From: Candidatus Zixiibacteriota bacterium
GTDB lineage: Bacteria; Zixibacteria; MSB-5A5; GN15; FEB-12
Assembly: GCA_029858555.1 (NCBI GenBank)
Contig: JAOUEU010000001.1
Location: 1 to 49,228 of the forward strand
DNA: 49,228 nucleotides
Reading direction: 5' to 3'
In this document: piece by piece, positions 9,011-20,314 of the stretch
Numbering within the stretch: position 1 is the first letter of the stretch
Layout of the letters: each line of letters starts with the position of its first letter
Notes under the pieces: generated by a model
The model's input: the letters and a program-made list of their open reading frames with translations, nothing else
What the model was told of the DNA's origin: nothing
The model's database searches: none
Translations under genes and position numbers: made by a program

Positions 9011-11569
9011 ATGGCTGAGGATAATAAGCACCAGGCACAGGGACAGGGCACCGTTACGCTGACTATCGACGGTCAGCAGACGACGGTCGCCAGGGGCACG
9101 ACCGTTCTCGAGGCCGCCCAGGCGTTGGGAATCAATATTCCCACCTTCTGCTGGCACTCGAAACTGAAGTCGGTCGGAGCCTGCCGGATGTGCTATGTGG
9201 AAATAGAAAAAATGGCCAAGCTGCAGGTGTCTTGCGCCACGGAAGCTGTTGACGGCATGGTAGTGCGCACTGATTCCGATCAGGTCAAGCAGGGCCGCCG
9301 AGCCATCATTGAGTTCATCCTCCTGAACCATCCCCTGGACTGCCCCACCTGTGACAAGGGCGGCGAGTGTGACCTTCAGAACCTGACTTTCGCGCATGGC
9401 ATTGATGACAGCCGGTTCGATTTTCAGAAGTACCGGTTCCGCGAAGAGGGTACCGCGTCTACGTTCGATGACGTTCGTATCGGCCCCGAGATTGTTCTCA
9501 ACCGGAACCGCTGTATCTTGTGTTACAAGTGCGTCCGGGCCAACAAGGAGGCTTTTGGCGAGTACGACCTGGGCGTCTACGAACGCGGGAACATAGCGGA
9601 GATCAATGCCGCCCCCGGTGAGCAGGTCGACAATCCTTATTCAGGCAACCTGGTGGAAATCTGCCCGGTGGGTGCGTTGACCAATACGGACTGGCGGTAC
9701 AAAATCAGGGTCTGGCTGACACAGACAACGCCGGCGGTCTGCAATTTCAACAGTTCCGGGGTCAATACCACTTTTTTTAAGGAAAACCACCAGAACCGGA
9801 TATTCCGGGTGACATCACGCCGTAACGATGGCATTGACGACGGCTGGCTGTCGGATGTGACGCGCTATGGGTACCAGATTGTCAATTCCGCCGACCGCCT
9901 GAAGACACCTCTGGTCAAGAAAGAAGGCAAGCAGGTTCCGGCCTCCTGGGAGGAGGCGCTTGTCCTGATTCACCGGCGATTCAGCGAAATCAAAGACAAG
10001 AAAGGCAATGTGTGCATCGGCGGGCTGATTGAGCCAAGCCTGGACAACGCTTCCCTTTACAGCTTTTCGAAGTTCTTCAGGACGGTGTTGCCGTCTAACA
10101 ACATTGACTTCCGCAGCCACTACCGAATGCTTCCCCCGACGGCCGACAGCGTGTTCTCAAAGATGTGCGCACAGCCGTTTAAAATAGCTGATATCGACGA
10201 CTCCGATGTGATCGTCGCCTTCGGGACCGATTTGGTCAGAGAGCATCAAAACGAGTATCTGCGGATACGCAAGGCCCGGAACTTCCATGATGCCAGGATC
10301 TTTGCCGCCAACCCTTATCATGTGAAGTCGGCTGATGTGACCGAACTCGAGCTGGTGTATAGTGTCGGGACCGACGAGAGTTTCCTGAACGCTGTCTGTC
10401 TGGCCGCGATCGAAGAGAAGCTGACCGATTCGGCTGAGGCGGAGGCATACCGTCAGAAAGTGTCACCGTCCAGCCTCGACCAGGCGTCACGCGAGTGCGG
10501 GCTTGATAAGGAAGATTTGAAAAGTCTGGCCCGAGCGCTGGCCGGGGCTCGAAAAGTCACGTTCCTGGCCGGCGAGTTGGTCACTCGCTCAATCGCCCGG
10601 GAGGCAATTGCCGCCGCTCTGGCTAATCTGAACAGGTTGCTGGGGATTAACAGAAAAGGCCAGATGGCGATTCTGCCCCGCTATGCGAATTCGTTTGGCG
10701 CCGAAAAACTCGGGCTGCTGCCCTACCCCAGCGACAATCTTCGCCGCGAACTGACTTCCATGTGGGGTGAATTTCCGGATGCCGAGTCCCACAACACCGA
10801 CGCCATGATGGCTTTGATGAAAAAAGAAGAAATAAGCGGCTTTTTCGTCATGGGCAGCAATCCGGTCATGCTTTATCCCGATCGTGAATTCGCTCGCGAG
10901 GGTTTGGAGAAGCTGGAGTTCCTGGTCGCCTGCGATCTCTTTGAGACTGAGACTACGGCTATTGCCGATGTTGTACTGCCCTTGTGCAGTTGGGCCGAAT
11001 ACGACGGCGAATATGTCAACCTCGAAGGCAAGTCACAGAAATCCGTCCGCGCCGTGAAGCCGATTGGTGAAGCCAGACCCGGCTGCGAGATAATGAATAT
11101 GCTGGCTCCGAAGTTTGGCAAGGTGTTGTTTGAATCGGATGCGACCATGGCGGCGGAGATCGATCGTTTGCTGCAACTTGATGGTGCGCCTGAGCTGCCC
11201 TTCGAGTTTCTCCCGGTGGTTCGGGCCGAATTCGAGCGCGACGAGGCTTACCCTTATCCGCTTTTTGTCTGTGATGACCCTCATCACTCGGGACATCTTA
11301 CCGAGAAGGCGACCTCGCTTGCCAACTTCGTCGGCGAGGCTTATATTGAACTTTCGCCGGAGTCGGCGGCCAGGCATGATTTAAAGCAGGGAGACTCAGT
11401 CCGGGTGGAATCGAAAGTGGGCAAGGTCATTGTTCCGGCCAGAATCTCCGATCATATCGACAGCGATGCCGTGCTGATACCGAGGAATTTTTCCTCGACG
11501 CCGGTAACTTCCCTGCTGATGCGCAAGAAGAGACTGGATTGGGTGCGACTAAGCAAAGTGGATGTATAG
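9011..11569 (+). CDS. nuoG: NADH-quinone oxidoreductase subunit G (long form with C-terminal molybdopterin-dinucleotide-binding-like domain)
   Basis: 'IPTFCWH...GACRMC', 'NHPLDCPTCDKGGECDLQ', 'RCILCYKCVR', 'ICPVGAL'. ATG 9011 follows the nuoF stop. Confidence 0.95.
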   Translation: MAEDNKHQAQGQGTVTLTIDGQQTTVARGTTVLEAAQALGINIPTFCWHSKLKSVGACRMCYVEIEKMAKLQVSCATEAVDGMVVRTDSDQVKQGRRAIIEFILLNHPLDCPTCDKGGECDLQNLTFAHGIDDSRFDFQKYRFREEGTASTFDDVRIGPEIVLNRNRCILCYKCVRANKEAFGEYDLGVYERGNIAEINAAPGEQVDNPYSGNLVEICPVGALTNTDWRYKIRVWLTQTTPAVCNFNSSGVNTTFFKENHQNRIFRVTSRRNDGIDDGWLSDVTRYGYQIVNSADRLKTPLVKKEGKQVPASWEEALVLIHRRFSEIKDKKGNVCIGGLIEPSLDNASLYSFSKFFRTVLPSNNIDFRSHYRMLPPTADSVFSKMCAQPFKIADIDDSDVIVAFGTDLVREHQNEYLRIRKARNFHDARIFAANPYHVKSADVTELELVYSVGTDESFLNAVCLAAIEEKLTDSAEAEAYRQKVSPSSLDQASRECGLDKEDLKSLARALAGARKVTFLAGELVTRSIAREAIAAALANLNRLLGINRKGQMAILPRYANSFGAEKLGLLPYPSDNLRRELTSMWGEFPDAESHNTDAMMALMKKEEISGFFVMGSNPVMLYPDREFAREGLEKLEFLVACDLFETETTAIADVVLPLCSWAEYDGEYVNLEGKSQKSVRAVKPIGEARPGCEIMNMLAPKFGKVLFESDATMAAEIDRLLQLDGAPELPFEFLPVVRAEFERDEAYPYPLFVCDDPHHSGHLTEKATSLANFVGEAYIELSPESAARHDLKQGDSVRVESKVGKVIVPARISDHIDSDAVLIPRNFSSTPVTSLLMRKKRLDWVRLSKVDV

Positions 11570-11572
11570 ACG

Positions 11573-12595
11573 ATGTTTGAAATTGCCCTGTTATCATCGA
11601 TAAAGGTCGTCATCGTCATTGTGGCGATGTTGACCGGGTGTGCCTGGTCCACGTACCTGGAGCGAAAACTCCTGGGGCATTTGCAGCATCGTATGGGACC
11701 CTCTTACGCCGGTCCATACGGCCTCTTGCAGCCCGTCGCAGACGGCCTGAAGCTCATTTTCAAAGAAGATATCGTACCCGACAACGTTGAGAAGATCATA
11801 TATACCCTGGCGCCCATGATCGCGTTCGTGCCGGCTCTCCTGACCTTTGCCGTTATTCCGTTCGGAATCGACCTCACTTTGTTTGGTCACGAAGTGAAAA
11901 TGGTTATCTCGGACCTGAACATCGGCGTGTTGTTTGTCTTTGCCGTGACCTCGCTGGGCGTGTACGGGCTGGTGCTGGCCGGCTGGTCTTCGGGCTCCAA
12001 GTATTCGTTTCTGGGCGGCATTCGTTCATCGGCTCAGATGATTTCTTACGAGGTCAGCTATGGCCTGTCAATCATCGGCGTCATCCTGGTGGCCAACACC
12101 CTGTCGCTGCGGGAACTGGTCGAACAGCAGGCTACGGATTCGGTATGGTTTTTCGCCGGCTGGAACATATGGAAACAGCCTCTGGGCTTTCTTTTGTACA
12201 TCATCTGTGCCATTGCGGAGACCAACCGGGCGCCGTTTGACCTGCCCGAGTGTGAGTCGGAGCTGGTGGCCGGATACCAAACGGAATATTCGTCGATGAA
12301 GTTCGCCACTTTCTACGTGGGCGAGTATGCCAACATGCTGGCGGTGGCGTCGGTGGCGGCCACTCTCTTTTTCGGCGGCTGGCAGGGGCCTTTCCTGCAG
12401 GCCGCACCGTGGCTGTCGGTAGTCTGGTTCGTTCTTAAGGTGTTCCTGTTTATGTGCGTGTATATCTGGTTGCGAGCCACGTTTCCGCGGTTCCGTTATG
12501 ACCAGTTGATGAATTTTGGATGGAAGATTCTGTTACCGTTGGCTCTTCTAAACACGATGGTAACGTCGTTGTTGGTGGTTCTGGGATGGTTTTAA
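11573..12595 (+). CDS. nuoH: NADH-quinone oxidoreductase subunit H
   Basis: 'ERK...Q.R.GP', 'GLLQPVADGLKLIFKE', 'AQMISYE', 'AETNRAPFDLPE', 'PRFRYDQLM'. Confidence 0.97.
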   Translation: MFEIALLSSIKVVIVIVAMLTGCAWSTYLERKLLGHLQHRMGPSYAGPYGLLQPVADGLKLIFKEDIVPDNVEKIIYTLAPMIAFVPALLTFAVIPFGIDLTLFGHEVKMVISDLNIGVLFVFAVTSLGVYGLVLAGWSSGSKYSFLGGIRSSAQMISYEVSYGLSIIGVILVANTLSLRELVEQQATDSVWFFAGWNIWKQPLGFLLYIICAIAETNRAPFDLPECESELVAGYQTEYSSMKFATFYVGEYANMLAVASVAATLFFGGWQGPFLQAAPWLSVVWFVLKVFLFMCVYIWLRATFPRFRYDQLMNFGWKILLPLALLNTMVTSLLVVLGWF

Positions 12596-12607
12596 GGATG
12601 GACGGCG

Positions 12608-13114
12608 ATGAATGAAGTATTAAAAGCGGTGGTAAACTCGGTTATCAAGACGCCCAAAGGCCTTCTGGTCACGCTCAAGCATCTTATCAAAAAACCCGTG
12701 ACGCTCGACTACCCGAAGCGCAAAAAGCCGATGGCCCCTCGCTACCGCGGCAAGCACTATCTCGAACGATACGACGATGGCAGCGAGCGTTGCGTCTGCT
12801 GCGGTCTCTGTGCGGCGGCGTGTCCGGCGGATGCAATCTATATGGAGCCGGAGGAGAACGAAAAAGGCGAGCGTCGGGCGCGGGTTTACGAAATCAACCT
12901 GCTGCGTTGTATCTTCTGCGGTTTCTGTGAAGAAGCCTGCCCGGAGGAGGCCATCTTTCTGGGGCAGGAATACGAGTTTTCCGACTACGATCGGAATTCG
13001 TTTATCTACACCAGGGAGCAAATGCTGGTGCCGCATCCGCGCAAAGACAATCCTTTCAAGCGCATGTTTCGGCGGGTGCGGAAAGTCTACGGAGTATCGG
13101 ACAGGATAAAATGA
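12608..13114 (+). CDS. nuoI: NADH-quinone oxidoreductase subunit I
   Basis: Two CxxCxxCxxxCP 4Fe-4S motifs; position in operon. Confidence 0.96.
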   Translation: MNEVLKAVVNSVIKTPKGLLVTLKHLIKKPVTLDYPKRKKPMAPRYRGKHYLERYDDGSERCVCCGLCAAACPADAIYMEPEENEKGERRARVYEINLLRCIFCGFCEEACPEEAIFLGQEYEFSDYDRNSFIYTREQMLVPHPRKDNPFKRMFRRVRKVYGVSDRIK

Positions 13115-13713
13115 ATCTGGATACACTCATATTTCTGGCATCGGCCGTGATCGCTGTCTTCGGCGCAACCATGATGATATCACAGCGTAACCCGGTCGCC
13201 TCGGTACTCTACCTGATACTTTCTCTGCTGGCCCAGGCGGTTTTGTATGTCCAGCTGGGGGCCCTGTTCATGGCGGCGGTGCTTATCATCGTCTATGCCG
13301 GAGCCGTGCTCGTGTTGTTTCTCTTCGTCATCATGCTGCTTAATCTGCGCGGCCGCGAGGACCTCGGCCGACCGTCGCCCCCTTTCAATCGCATAACCAA
13401 GTACACGTTGTCGATCCTTTTCGTAGCACAGTTGGTGATGGTTGTGCGGAGCAGCATTTCCTCCAGCCTCTTCGTTAATATAAAGGACGTCAGTGTCATG
13501 TCGATGCTGCCCGCCGGTTTTGGTTCGGTCGAGGAGGTCGCCACGGTTCTCTTCCAGAAATATCTGTATCCGTTCGAGCTGGTGTCGGTGCTTATCCTGG
13601 CGGCCGTGGTCGGTGCCGTCCTGATGGCGAAGAAGGAGCGCGACGGAGAAGGGCCGCCCGGCGCGGATGCGCGCGGTTCCGTCGAAAATTTAACTGATAG
13701 GGTAACAAGGTAG
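13111..13713 (+). CDS. nuoJ: NADH-quinone oxidoreductase subunit J
   Basis: 'RNPVASVLYL', 'IIVYAGAVLVLFLFVIMLL', 'YPFEL'. Confidence 0.96.
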   Translation: MNLDTLIFLASAVIAVFGATMMISQRNPVASVLYLILSLLAQAVLYVQLGALFMAAVLIIVYAGAVLVLFLFVIMLLNLRGREDLGRPSPPFNRITKYTLSILFVAQLVMVVRSSISSSLFVNIKDVSVMSMLPAGFGSVEEVATVLFQKYLYPFELVSVLILAAVVGAVLMAKKERDGEGPPGADARGSVENLTDRVTR

Positions 13714-13715
13714 AA

Positions 13716-14018
13716 ATGGTTCCCGTCTCGGCATATCTGATTGTGGCCATCGTGCTGTTCGGTATCGGCACCATCGGCGTGCTCATATCGCGGAATGTCA
13801 TAATCATATTCATGTCCGTGGAATTGATGCTTAATGCCGCTAACCTTGTCCTGATAGCCTTTTCACGGGCCCTGAATGTGGTGGACGGCCACGTGTTCGT
13901 CTTTCTGGTGCTGTGCGTCGCCGCGGCCGAGGCGGCGGTGGGGCTGGCTATAATTATTACGCTGTATCGTAATCGCGATACGGTTAACATTGATCGCTTT
14001 GATTTGCTGAAATGGTAG
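13716..14018 (+). CDS. nuoK: NADH-quinone oxidoreductase subunit K
   Basis: 'MSVELMLNAANL', 'AAAEAAVGLAI'. Confidence 0.97.
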   Translation: MVPVSAYLIVAIVLFGIGTIGVLISRNVIIIFMSVELMLNAANLVLIAFSRALNVVDGHVFVFLVLCVAAAEAAVGLAIIITLYRNRDTVNIDRFDLLKW

Positions 14019-14031
14019 GTCACGAGAGAGT

Positions 14032-15969
14032 ATGTCGGAGTACTTGTTTTTAGTCCCGCTTCTGCCGTTTTTCGGTTTTCTGGTAAACGGTCTGCTGTTA
14101 GGACGGCTGCCCAAGTCGGTCATATCGGCGGTCGCCTGCGGCACCGTGGGTATTTCGTTTATTCTCTCCATACTGTTGTTCTTCGAGTTAAAGGGCCTGC
14201 CGCCGGGCGCGCGCGTCATCGAACAAGTGCTCTTCACGTGGATTCCATCGGGAGACATGCTGCACACGAACGTAGGCTATCTGCTCGATCCCCTATCGGC
14301 CGTCATGATTCTTGTAGTAAGCGGCGTGGGCTTCCTGATTCACGTTTATTCGGTCGGCTACATGGGGCATGACGCCTCCTATGGCCGCTTTTTCACCTAC
14401 ATGAACCTGTTTACGTTCTCGATGCTTACCCTGGTGCTGGCCGACAATTTCCTGTTTATGTTCGTCGGGTGGGAAGGTGTCGGACTGTGTTCGTATCTGT
14501 TGATAGGTTTCTGGCACGAGCGCAAATCGGCTTCGGATGCGGGCAAGAAAGCATTCATAGTCAACCGCATCGGGGACTTCGGCTTTCTCATCGGCATTTT
14601 CCTGATTTTCTGGAATGTCGGCTCGCTGGATTTCCGGGTGGTGATGGAGCGTGCCCCGGAGGTCTTCGTGTTCGGCGGGGGGCTCATTACGGCCACCTGC
14701 ATACTTCTCTTCGTCGGGGCGATTGGCAAGTCGGCGCAGATTCCACTCTATGTGTGGCTGCCCGACGCCATGGAGGGCCCGACACCGGTCTCCGCCCTTA
14801 TCCATGCGGCAACTATGGTCACGGCGGGCGTCTACATGATTGCCCGCACTAACCTTTTGTACATGATGGCCCCGGACGCTCTCCTGGTGGTGGCCGTCAT
14901 CGGTGCCCTGACAGCCATCTACGCCGCGACTATCGGCCTGGCACAGAACGATATAAAAAGGGTCCTGGCCTATTCCACTGTCAGCCAGCTGGGCTATATG
15001 TTCCTGGCCTGCGGTGTCGCCTCTTTTACGGCCGGCATCTTTCATCTGATGACACACGCCTTTTTCAAGGCGTTGCTGTTCCTGGGAGCCGGCTCGGTGA
15101 TCCACGCCATGGCGAATGAACAGGATATGCGCAGAATGGGCGGCCTGCGTAAATACATGCCGGCGACATTCTGGACGTTCCTGTTCGCGACACTGGCGAT
15201 TTCCGGTATTCCCGGTTTCTCCGGGTTCTTCTCCAAGGATGAAATTCTCTGGAAATCTTTTTCGTCCGGTCATGGACACTGGCTTTTCTGGGTAATCGGT
15301 TTTGTGACCGCCGGCCTTACGGCCTTTTACATGTTCCGGCTTCTGTATTTGACGTTTTACGGCAAGGAGCGGATGGAGGAGTCGACGCGTTCGCATCTAC
15401 ACGAATCACCCCGAAGCATGACCGTCCCCCTGGTGGTGCTGGCGGTTCTGTCGCTGATCGGCGGCTGGGTGGGTATACCTCACATCCTGGGCGGCACCAA
15501 TTACTTTGAGGGCTGGATGGAGCCGGTCGTATCCGGCGGCCACGCCGCTGCCTCTCAGGCCCTGGCATCGGGAGGAGGCGATGCCGGTATGGAGGTGACG
15601 CTGATGGTAGTGTCGGTGGCGCTGGTGCTGGCCGCCATCTTTGGCGCCTATACCTTCTATAACAAGAGACCGGAACTGGCCACGGCCTGGCGGTCGAGAT
15701 TGTCCGGGGTGCACCACCTTCTTGTGAACAAGTATTTTGTCGATGAGATTTACGGGACGATCCTCGTGCGGCCGGTGGTCTATTTCTCGCTCTTCCTGTG
15801 GAAAGTCTTTGATGTCGTCTTCATCGACGGCTTTATCAACGGGGTGGCGAGTGTGTACAGCGACATCTCGGAGACGGTCCGCACCGCTCAAACCGGGCGG
15901 GTGCGCACTTATGCGACCGTCTTTCTTTTGGGCGTCGTTGTGATATTAGCGTACTTCATCTGGATATAG
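14032..15969 (+). CDS. nuoL: NADH-quinone oxidoreductase subunit L
   Basis: 'GWEGVGLCSYLLIGFW', 'GKSAQIPLYVWLPDAMEGPTPVSALIHAATMV', 'HAFFKALLFL'. Confidence 0.97.
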   Translation: MSEYLFLVPLLPFFGFLVNGLLLGRLPKSVISAVACGTVGISFILSILLFFELKGLPPGARVIEQVLFTWIPSGDMLHTNVGYLLDPLSAVMILVVSGVGFLIHVYSVGYMGHDASYGRFFTYMNLFTFSMLTLVLADNFLFMFVGWEGVGLCSYLLIGFWHERKSASDAGKKAFIVNRIGDFGFLIGIFLIFWNVGSLDFRVVMERAPEVFVFGGGLITATCILLFVGAIGKSAQIPLYVWLPDAMEGPTPVSALIHAATMVTAGVYMIARTNLLYMMAPDALLVVAVIGALTAIYAATIGLAQNDIKRVLAYSTVSQLGYMFLACGVASFTAGIFHLMTHAFFKALLFLGAGSVIHAMANEQDMRRMGGLRKYMPATFWTFLFATLAISGIPGFSGFFSKDEILWKSFSSGHGHWLFWVIGFVTAGLTAFYMFRLLYLTFYGKERMEESTRSHLHESPRSMTVPLVVLAVLSLIGGWVGIPHILGGTNYFEGWMEPVVSGGHAAASQALASGGGDAGMEVTLMVVSVALVLAAIFGAYTFYNKRPELATAWRSRLSGVHHLLVNKYFVDEIYGTILVRPVVYFSLFLWKVFDVVFIDGFINGVASVYSDISETVRTAQTGRVRTYATVFLLGVVVILAYFIWI

Positions 15970-15972
15970 CGA

Positions 15973-17550
<1,578 letters not shown>

Positions 17551-17554
17551 ACGC

Positions 17555-17776
17555 ATGGCCGACGTGACCATATATACCAAGGAAGGCTGCCCGTATTGCG
17601 AGGCGGCGAAAAAACATTACAACGACGAAGGTGTCGCCTTCAAGGAGATCGACGTTCATCAAAAGCCGGGCGCCAAAGAGAAAGTCCTGGAACTTACCGG
17701 CGGCCAGCGTATCGTGCCGGTGATCGTTGATGGCGCCGAAGTCAAAATCGGCTTTGGCGGCGGCTGAGGGTTCTGA
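17555..17776 (+). CDS. Glutaredoxin/NrdH-like redoxin, probable selenoprotein (UXX-stop type; TGA 17765-17767 read as Sec)
   Basis: AAGGAG RBS at 17542-17547, ATG 17555; 'IYTKEGCPYC', cis-Pro 'IVP', then GTC AAA ATC GGC TTT GGC GGC GGC TGA GGG TTC TGA = VKIGFGGG-U-GF-stop; hairpin directly downstream. Glutaredoxin call is strong; Sec readthrough is inferred. Confidence 0.85.
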
Positions 17777-17800
17777 AGGCAGGCTGGCAGTTAGCCGGAC
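17768..17800 (+). promoter_or_regulatory. Putative bacterial SECIS-like stem-loop
   Basis: Upper stem GGCTG(17782-86)/TAGCC(17792-96) with a G-initiated loop GCAGT starting about 19 nt after the TGA; possible lower stem GTTC(17770-73)/GGAC(17797-800). Confidence 0.55.
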
Positions 17801-17812
17801 GAGTAAAATAGT

Positions 17813-19261
17813 ATGATAGATTTAGCATCGTTATCGGCCAATTTCGGTATTATTTCCCCGGAATTATCCCTGTTAATCGGGGCATCGCTTATCCTGCTGG
17901 TGGGCTATATAAAGAACCTGGGGAAGATCTGTTCTTCGATAGCGCTGCTCGCCTTGCTGCTCGCCCTGGTGTTTTCGTTGCACCAGTGGGGACGTCAGGT
18001 CTCGGGGTTTTTCGGAATGGTTACCTGCGACGGCTTTGGCGTGGCCTTCAAGATCATCTTCACGGTGGTGGCCATTCTCGCTCTGCTTATCGCTCATCGT
18101 TTCCTGACGGCGAAGCGGATAGAGCGCCCCGAGTTCTATGCCCTCTTGCTGATATCGACCGCCGGTATGATGGTTATGGCCAACACCACCGACCTGGTCG
18201 TGATGTTTATTGGTCTGGAGATCATGTCGGTGCCGCTGTACGTTCTGGCCGGATTCGCCCGCCGGTCGCTGGAGTCTAATGAAGCGAGTATTAAGTATTT
18301 TATCATGGGGGCGTTTGCCAGCGCTTTCCTGCTGATGGGTATTGCCTTTGTGTTTGGGGCGTCAGCCACGACCGACTTGCGCCGTATCGTCGCCGACTTC
18401 AGCTTCATCGTCTCCAACTCGCAGGCCTATATGTTCACCGGCGTTGCCCTCATTCTGATCGGCTTCGGCTTCAAGGTGGCGGCGGTGCCTTTCCACGCCT
18501 GGGTGCCTGATGTCTATCATGGCGCGCCGACACCCGTGACGGCCTTTTTCTCAGTGGGCCCGAAAGCGGCCGGCTTTGCCGTGTTGCTCAGGATATTCAC
18601 GTTCGGATTTGGAAGAATGGTCGAGCTTGACATGGTTTTCTGGGTACTGGCGGTGCTGACTATGACGGTCGGCAATGTCCTGGCGCTGCGGCAGGACAAC
18701 GTCAAACGCATGCTGGCCTATTCGTCCATTGCCCATGCCGGCTACATTCTGGTGGCCTTTGCCGTCGGCGGCGCCGAGGCTGTCTCGGCCGCTGTCTTCT
18801 ATCTGGTGGCTTATACCATGTTTAATCTCGGGGCCTTCGCCATCGTGACCCTGCTGGAAACCCGCAGCGGCTGCAAATCCGAGTTTTCAGAGTTGGCCGG
18901 TCTGTCGAAATCCAGCCCTTACCTGGCGGCGGTGCTGGCGCTGTTTATGTTCGCCCTGGCGGGTTTTCCACCGACGGTTGGTTTTGTAGGCAAATTTTAC
19001 ATATTTGCCGCGGCGGTCAAAAACGGGTATATCTGGCTGGCCGTGATTGGCGTTATGAATTCATTTGTCTCCGTGTACTACTATTTGCGGGTGATAAAAA
19101 CCAGTTGCCTCGACCACCACGAAGGCGCCTTTGTCCGCGCCCCTTATTCATTTTCTATAATTCTGGTCCTGTTCATCACCGTCATAGGGACGCTTGGCCT
19201 CGGATTCTTCCCACAACGGCTGCTGGAATTTTCGCAGGCGGCCATCTTTGCATTTCTGTAA
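17813..19261 (+). CDS. nuoN: NADH-quinone oxidoreductase subunit N
   Basis: 'GLEIMS...YVL', 'EASIKYF', 'FKVAAVPFHAWVPDVYHGAPTP', 'KRMLAYSSIAHAGY'. Confidence 0.97.
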   Translation: MIDLASLSANFGIISPELSLLIGASLILLVGYIKNLGKICSSIALLALLLALVFSLHQWGRQVSGFFGMVTCDGFGVAFKIIFTVVAILALLIAHRFLTAKRIERPEFYALLLISTAGMMVMANTTDLVVMFIGLEIMSVPLYVLAGFARRSLESNEASIKYFIMGAFASAFLLMGIAFVFGASATTDLRRIVADFSFIVSNSQAYMFTGVALILIGFGFKVAAVPFHAWVPDVYHGAPTPVTAFFSVGPKAAGFAVLLRIFTFGFGRMVELDMVFWVLAVLTMTVGNVLALRQDNVKRMLAYSSIAHAGYILVAFAVGGAEAVSAAVFYLVAYTMFNLGAFAIVTLLETRSGCKSEFSELAGLSKSSPYLAAVLALFMFALAGFPPTVGFVGKFYIFAAAVKNGYIWLAVIGVMNSFVSVYYYLRVIKTSCLDHHEGAFVRAPYSFSIILVLFITVIGTLGLGFFPQRLLEFSQAAIFAFL

Positions 19262-19366
19262 GCGTGTCCGCAGAAATCAACGAGCGCTTCTTGCTTGCGG
19301 CCCCGGCCCGGGGCAGCCTGAAGGTGAACCGGTCGGGAGATAACGGAGAAGACTCCGGCAGCGTGA

Positions 19367-20182
19367 TCAGAACATATCTATGTAAGTAATGCGTATTTCG
19401 CGCGTGATTTTCTCGCCGCGGCGGTTTCCGGAAAGATTCTTGATAAGCGCCTCCAACTCCAGGTTCTCAGTGAAAAGCCACTTTACCGACATGTTGAAGT
19501 AGCCTCGCCCTTTGCCGGCGAAAATGTAATCCGTGCCGTCGGGGAGTCTCGACTTGTCGTCGTTTAAAGCCACGTCATACTCCATCAGCAGGGCCAGATT
19601 GTATCGGAAAGTGGCGTCGAACCCGACGAAAAAATCCATATCCTTGTCCTTGTCGATATCGTTTTCCAGCGAATAGCTGGCGCCGCCGTGCCATCCTGCC
19701 GTCCACTGGTAGAAGTAGAAGCTGCGGCTGGCGACAACGTAAAACCCGCGCGACTTGAAGGTATACCGATCAAAATCTTCATTCCAGGCGCCGTATCCCT
19801 GTGAAGAGAACCCGGCCGTAACGGCCGGGAAGTACTCCATCTCGTCGATTACGCGAAACTTGATATTGAACTCAATGCGCTTATTCCAGTTCGGGTCCCG
19901 GTTGGATATGATATTGTCGCCGCCATACGATATGCCCAGCATCAGTCGGTTGGAGAGCCCGATATTGGTGTAGCCGATACTGCCGCCGTTGGGATACAGG
20001 CGCAGGCCGATGTCAAAATGAGCGCGGGGGAGGGTCCCTGCTGTGGGCATGTCGACCAGTTGCCGCGGGGGTACGTCAAACAGGCTGCCACTGGTTGCCA
20101 CAAGCTCCTCCTGCGCCGTTGCAAATCGGCCCAGGAAACCCGCCAATCCCACAATCAATATGTTGCGTAACGTCCTTGTCAT
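19367..20182 (-). CDS. Secreted / outer-membrane beta-barrel protein (YjbH-like domain)
   Basis: Signal peptide ending 'ATA-Q', 'LVDMPTAGTL' motif, alternating beta-strands, C-terminal Phe. Confidence 0.6.
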   Translation of the reverse strand: MTRTLRNILIVGLAGFLGRFATAQEELVATSGSLFDVPPRQLVDMPTAGTLPRAHFDIGLRLYPNGGSIGYTNIGLSNRLMLGISYGGDNIISNRDPNWNKRIEFNIKFRVIDEMEYFPAVTAGFSSQGYGAWNEDFDRYTFKSRGFYVVASRSFYFYQWTAGWHGGASYSLENDIDKDKDMDFFVGFDATFRYNLALLMEYDVALNDDKSRLPDGTDYIFAGKGRGYFNMSVKWLFTENLELEALIKNLSGNRRGEKITREIRITYIDMF

Positions 20183-20314
20183 CGTCTATATCCTCCTCGT
20201 CCCTCTATCACACGAACGTACTAAGGGCATGATAGGCCAGCTTCGTCTTTCAAGTCAAAATAAAAAAGTGGTGTGACCGTGCTTATTTGGAAGCGCCGAA
20301 AAGCGGCCGGGCCA

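Noticed and set aside
14293..15396. 367-aa antisense ORF inside nuoL (and similar antisense ORFs in nuoD, nuoI, htrA, the Omp85 gene, mnmA and the PAS gene)
   Set aside because: Antisense shadows of conserved genes in GC-rich DNA; no independent coding evidence.
19300..19314. GC hairpin GCCCCG-gcc-CGGGGC between convergent nuoN and the OM protein gene
   Set aside because: No U-tract on either strand, so it cannot be supported as an intrinsic terminator.
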